Positions 59,823 through 64,000 of a stretch of 64,000 nt of DNA are shown here, one piece after another. Numbering within the stretch: position 1 is the stretch's first letter; each line of letters starts with the position of its first letter. The DNA comes from Gammaproteobacteria bacterium (GTDB lineage Bacteria > Pseudomonadota > Gammaproteobacteria > UBA4575). The notes beneath the pieces are model-generated. The model had not been told where the DNA came from. It saw nothing but the letters and a program-made list of their open reading frames with translations, and did no database searches. The stretch covers positions 128,001 to 192,000 of the forward strand of contig CBDCTA010000029.1 in the NCBI GenBank assembly GCA_965221955.1, in the 5' to 3' direction. The position numbers were made by a program, and so were the translations under genes.

Positions 59823-60890
59823 ATGACACATCAAGTTAACCTTAAATCTGGAAAATACAAATTCATGGCTGATGAACATGAATCGATATTAGATGCTGCA
59901 ATTCGTGCAGGTGTTCCGTTGAATTACGGGTGCAGTAATGGAAATTGTGGTTTGTGTAAAGCAAAGATAGTGTCAGGAAAAACTTTGCAGCTACGCAAGC
60001 ACGATTTTGTGATAGGTGACGCTGATAAAATTCAGGGTCACGCGTTAATGTGTTCGACAACCTGTCAAAGTGATCTGGTAATTGAGGCTGAGGTTGCAGC
60101 AACTGCAAGTGATATCCCAATACAAGAGCTTCGCGTCAAAGTACGTAAAATTGACCGTATTAGTGATGATTTGGTGATCATTACCTTGCAAGTACCTAGA
60201 AGTATGCGATTGCGTTTTATGGCAGGCCAATATATGCGCGTTTATGATGATCAACAACGCTCACATGAGTATGCGATTGCTAGTTGCCCATGCGATGAAA
60301 AACGTATTGAATTTCATGTTCGTAAGCTTGAAGAGGATACTTTTTCTCACATGGTCTTTAAGCAACTCAGTGTGGGTGATTGGTTAAATTTACAAGGTCC
60401 ATATGGCGACTTTGTAGTTGATGACAGTAGTGATGTTCCCATTGTAATGATTGCATTTGATACTGGGTTTGCAGCAATAAAAAGCTTATTAGAACATGTT
60501 ACTGCACAAGAAAAAGAGCGAGCCATTTTTCTATACTGGCTAGCTTGTGGGGCAGAGGGTTTGTATTTAAATAATTTGTGTCGTTCTTGGGCGGACGCAC
60601 TAGATGAATTGCATTATATTCCTTTGCACATAGACAGGAATGTTGATCAATTATTAGATAGCGAATACGAAGGTCTAGGTATTATTGAAGATAAGCTTGT
60701 CTCGTCATTACATCATATACAGAGCTTACAAAATGCAGAGGTCTTTCTAGTATCGCCCGAACCGATTTCTAAGCTGGTTAAGCAAATGCTTATGGCAGAA
60801 GGATTTCAATCCAGCCACATTCATCATGAAATCATTCGTGGTAATCCAAATTTACAATGCATTCATCCATCGGGTGTAGTTTATGATTGA
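59823..60890 (+). CDS. 2Fe-2S/FAD/NAD(P)-binding oxidoreductase (AscD/XylA-like)
   Basis: YGCSNGNCGLCK..MC, FMAGQY, IASCP, GPYGDF, DTGFAAIKS. Confidence 0.85.
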   Translation: MTHQVNLKSGKYKFMADEHESILDAAIRAGVPLNYGCSNGNCGLCKAKIVSGKTLQLRKHDFVIGDADKIQGHALMCSTTCQSDLVIEAEVAATASDIPIQELRVKVRKIDRISDDLVIITLQVPRSMRLRFMAGQYMRVYDDQQRSHEYAIASCPCDEKRIEFHVRKLEEDTFSHMVFKQLSVGDWLNLQGPYGDFVVDDSSDVPIVMIAFDTGFAAIKSLLEHVTAQEKERAIFLYWLACGAEGLYLNNLCRSWADALDELHYIPLHIDRNVDQLLDSEYEGLGIIEDKLVSSLHHIQSLQNAEVFLVSPEPISKLVKQMLMAEGFQSSHIHHEIIRGNPNLQCIHPSGVVYD

Positions 60891-61305
60891 CTGCAAATGT
60901 AGTTTTGTCGCAACACTAATAACTGAAGATTATGCTTGTGAAAAAGCACAATTAGTCACGCGGCGTGCAGGTCCTGACATTGCTTGTACTTCTGAAGCAG
61001 GAAGTCAATGTTGTGTGCAACTCTATAATCAGTTTAAGGCGGTTAGTTTACCTGCATTTGGTGCGGAAGATGATTTATTAAAAACTCCTGCCAGTGTTTA
61101 CAATAAAATTCAGTACGGTGGTTTACTAGCCTTAAAAAAGGCAGTTGTAATGGATGATAATACGCAAGATAGGAAAGTAGATAATATTTTTGACTTAGTC
61201 CAGCACGCAGAGATAAAGTTTAAAAGCATAGAGAATATTCCATTTGATCAATTTGTAGAGAATATGAAAGAATTCAAAATTAAGAGAAAGAAATCGAAAA
61301 GATAA
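60883..61305 (+). CDS. Cys-containing hypothetical protein (paralogue of 23879-24352)
   Basis: C.F..C..IAC..C pattern and KIQYGGLLAL. Overlaps the reductase stop. Confidence 0.7.
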   Translation: MIDCKCSFVATLITEDYACEKAQLVTRRAGPDIACTSEAGSQCCVQLYNQFKAVSLPAFGAEDDLLKTPASVYNKIQYGGLLALKKAVVMDDNTQDRKVDNIFDLVQHAEIKFKSIENIPFDQFVENMKEFKIKRKKSKR

Positions 61306-61326
61306 TTACTATAGGTGGGATGTTAT

Positions 61327-62178
61327 ATGGCATATCAAACAATTATTTCCGTTGATGAATTAAATAAAAATATAAACAATCCAGACTGGATTATTTTTGA
61401 CTGTAGATTTTCTCTCAAAGATCCTACCTATGGGCTGAATAATTATAATCAAGGACATATATCAGGTGCACAGTTTGCAGATATGGATAAAAATTTATCC
61501 TCTGCAATGACTTCAGCATCAGGTCGTCATCCATTACCTGATCCAGCTGTGTTTATCGATAAGTTGCAAAGTTGGGGGGTTAATAATTCTTCACAAATTA
61601 TTTGTTATGACGATGTGTCGGGTGCTTATGCTGCACGTATGTGGTGGTTGCTAAAATGGCTAGGGCATAATGATGTTGCAGTGTTAGATGGAGGAGTTAA
61701 CAAGTGGACAGAGAGCGGTTTAAAGCTTGAAACAGAAACACAAACTAAGCCTAAAGGTGCCTTTAGTGGTCAAGCAAATAATGACATGTGGGTTGATATA
61801 GATTTTGTACAACAACAATTAGAGCAAAATAAAATTAGTTTGTTAGATGCACGTACAAGCGAAAGATTTAATGCACAGGATTCCAAAACAGATCCTATTC
61901 CGGGTCATGTGCCAGGTGCACTTAGTTTTCCGTTTGCAGGGAATCTAAACAAACAGGGCTTGTTTTTATCAGCAGATGAGTTGAAACAGCGTTTTGAAAA
62001 TACGTTTGCTGAACAAGAAAAAAAAGAAGTAATCAATATGTGTGGTTCTGGCGTAACAGCATGTCATAATCTGTTAGCAATGAGTATTGCAGGCTTGCCC
62101 ATGTCGCGTTTATATGTGGGTTCTTGGAGTGAATGGATTAAAGAAAAAAGCCGACCAGTGGCTACTGGTGAACACTGA
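61327..62178 (+). CDS. sseA: Tandem-domain rhodanese / mercaptopyruvate sulfurtransferase
   Basis: GHISGA, GRHPLP, AARMWW, VLDGG, CGSGVTAC, LYVGSWSEW. Confidence 0.9.
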   Translation: MAYQTIISVDELNKNINNPDWIIFDCRFSLKDPTYGLNNYNQGHISGAQFADMDKNLSSAMTSASGRHPLPDPAVFIDKLQSWGVNNSSQIICYDDVSGAYAARMWWLLKWLGHNDVAVLDGGVNKWTESGLKLETETQTKPKGAFSGQANNDMWVDIDFVQQQLEQNKISLLDARTSERFNAQDSKTDPIPGHVPGALSFPFAGNLNKQGLFLSADELKQRFENTFAEQEKKEVINMCGSGVTACHNLLAMSIAGLPMSRLYVGSWSEWIKEKSRPVATGEH

Positions 62179-62397
62179 TATTTTTTTGTTAAAAATGCGA
62201 TATCGCATTGAAATATAGTCACTTTAACGACTTTATCGCATTAGTTATCCCGTCTGTGAGCTAAATTCTAGAGATCCCTCACAAAGCAAACTACTATTTT
62301 AAGGGTATATATAAGAGTTCAGCATAAGAGTCTGTGTTGGATTGTTTTATACACTCTTAACAAATAGGCAAATAATATCTCTCAAGCAAGCTCCAAT

Positions 62398-64000
62398 ATG
62401 GCTGCCTCCTCAGTCGTGGAAATGAAAAGTAATGTGGCTGCATCATTACTCGATGCAGGGTCATTACCTTTTGCTATTGCATTGTTAAATGCAAGCGATG
62501 GCAATGTTATTTTTGCTAATCATCTTATGAGATTAATTTTGCGCGGCAAGGCTGAGGACATCAAAGGTAAAACTATTTCTGGTTTATTCGATGATGCTCA
62601 ACAAAGAAGTAACGCTATTCAGCGGTTACAAAAAAATAGTTTTGTTCCGCCAAAAAAAATAAAAATTAAAAACTTTGATAATAAAGATCTAGTCGTAGTC
62701 GCCGCGACATCTTTAATTCAATATGAAAGTCAATTATGTATCTTAGTTGCTTTTCAAACACCACAAACTGATTCTTCAGAACAAGTAAAGCGCTTACGTA
62801 TAGCAATTGAGCGCCATAATATGGCGTTGAATGCTGCAAAAATTGGAATATGGAGCTGGGATTTAATGTCGAATCAAATTGCATGGGACGACAACATGCA
62901 TAGTTTATTTGGAATTGCGCCAGGAAGTTTTTCTGGGAAGCAGAGAGATTTTATAGAATATATGTTACCGGAAGATAGACAAGAGCAACTTGAAATTGGA
63001 AAGCATTATTATCAGGAAGGCGGAAACTTTGATACCAAATTTAGAATTTTACGTCCTGATGGGGAAACGCGCGTGATTATTAATCGTGGTGAGGCTACTA
63101 AAAATGATCAAGGTGTCGTCACCAATGTGGTTGGGGTTTGTTGGGATGTAACAGAAAACTTTGCTCTTAGCGCTAAAATTGAGCATCAAGCTGTACATGA
63201 TCCATTAACAGGTCTTCTGAATCGATTTGAAATGCAAAAAAGAATTCAGAATGTTTTAGACACTTTAGAGAGTGAGCCAACGGAAAACACATTTTGTTAT
63301 TTTAATTTAGATCGTTTTAAAGTCATAAATGATACTTGTGGTCACGAGGCGGGTGATGAATTACTAAGAAAAATTTCTGAGCATATGAAGCCTTACATTA
63401 CGGAGAAAGATCCTTTTGCACGCATGGGTAGTGATGAATTTGCATTAATCATCACAAATTGTTCGGGCGATGAGGCAAGAAAGGTTGCCGAAACATTATT
63501 ACAAACCATTCAAAATTTTCATTTTGAATGGACAGGCAAGGTATTTGATGTTAGCGCTAGTATGGCGCTTGTACCAATCTCGGTAGAAAAAAGTGTTAGT
63601 GAGATTCTTGGAACAGCAGACGTGTCTTTGGCTGCTGCTAAAGATAGTGGACGAGGACGTATTCATGAGTATAGACCTCATGACTCAACTGTAATCCGTC
63701 GTCATGATGAAATGCATTGGGTATTGCAGTTAGAAGATGCTTTGCGTTCCGAACGCTTTCAGCTAAATTTTCAACCGATCATGCCATTACAAGATGTAAC
63801 AGAAGAAGGCTTGCATTATGAAGTCTTATTAAGAGTACTGGATGAATCGGGAAATGTAATGTCACCACATGAATTGCTTAATGCAGCTGAACAGTTTGAC
63901 ATGGCTACGCGAGTGGATACATGGGTGGTAAATGCATTGTTCGATTGGCTTAAGAAGCATCCAGATCATGTTAACAAATTAAGCTTATGCTCAATAAATC
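62398..64000 (+). CDS. PAS-GGDEF-EAL signalling protein, 3' end runs off the window
   Basis: Manual translation: PAS (IGIWSWD..), HDPLTGLLNR, LDRFKVINDTCGHEAGDELL, degenerate RMGSDEF, FQPI..HYEVLLR. Confidence 0.88.
   Translation, partial: MAASSVVEMKSNVAASLLDAGSLPFAIALLNASDGNVIFANHLMRLILRGKAEDIKGKTISGLFDDAQQRSNAIQRLQKNSFVPPKKIKIKNFDNKDLVVVAATSLIQYESQLCILVAFQTPQTDSSEQVKRLRIAIERHNMALNAAKIGIWSWDLMSNQIAWDDNMHSLFGIAPGSFSGKQRDFIEYMLPEDRQEQLEIGKHYYQEGGNFDTKFRILRPDGETRVIINRGEATKNDQGVVTNVVGVCWDVTENFALSAKIEHQAVHDPLTGLLNRFEMQKRIQNVLDTLESEPTENTFCYFNLDRFKVINDTCGHEAGDELLRKISEHMKPYITEKDPFARMGSDEFALIITNCSGDEARKVAETLLQTIQNFHFEWTGKVFDVSASMALVPISVEKSVSEILGTADVSLAAAKDSGRGRIHEYRPHDSTVIRRHDEMHWVLQLEDALRSERFQLNFQPIMPLQDVTEEGLHYEVLLRVLDESGNVMSPHELLNAAEQFDMATRVDTWVVNALFDWLKKHPDHVNKLSLCSIN

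Overview
AT-rich bacterial chromosomal window, most consistent with a sulfur-oxidizing gammaproteobacterium. It carries aprMBA, a DsrC/TusE-family gene, a CbbQ/NirQ-type ATPase, a rhodanese, PPi-type Pfk, adk and cbb3 oxidase. No rRNA, tRNA, CRISPR array, integrase or transposase was recognised. The unusual part is about 4.2-21.5 kb. (1) At 4.25-8.42 kb small unrelated genes are each separated by a ~101-nt inverted doublet of a 28-nt palindrome (ATGTCCGCT-loop-AGCGGACAT). The halves start 73 nt apart around a conserved GGTTGGATTCAAT core, giving a cassette-array layout without attC motifs. Two more copies flank ppk2. (2) Between two copies of that motif lies an 11.8-kb oxygen-linked module: a DsrC-like protein lacking the terminal Cys, truncated haemoglobin, OmpW/AlkL, SirB2, Fnr, two GST paralogues, an AlkB/XylM-type diiron monooxygenase, Yip1, ccoNOQP with a three-haem CcoP, and hemerythrin. 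(3) The Fnr has Asp in place of the usual Val at the start of its recognition helix, and the nearby promoters carry four CTGAY-N4-RTCAG palindromes instead of TTGAT-N4-ATCAA, suggesting a specificity-switched FNR regulon. Several single-base frameshifts in homopolymers are probably sequencing errors.
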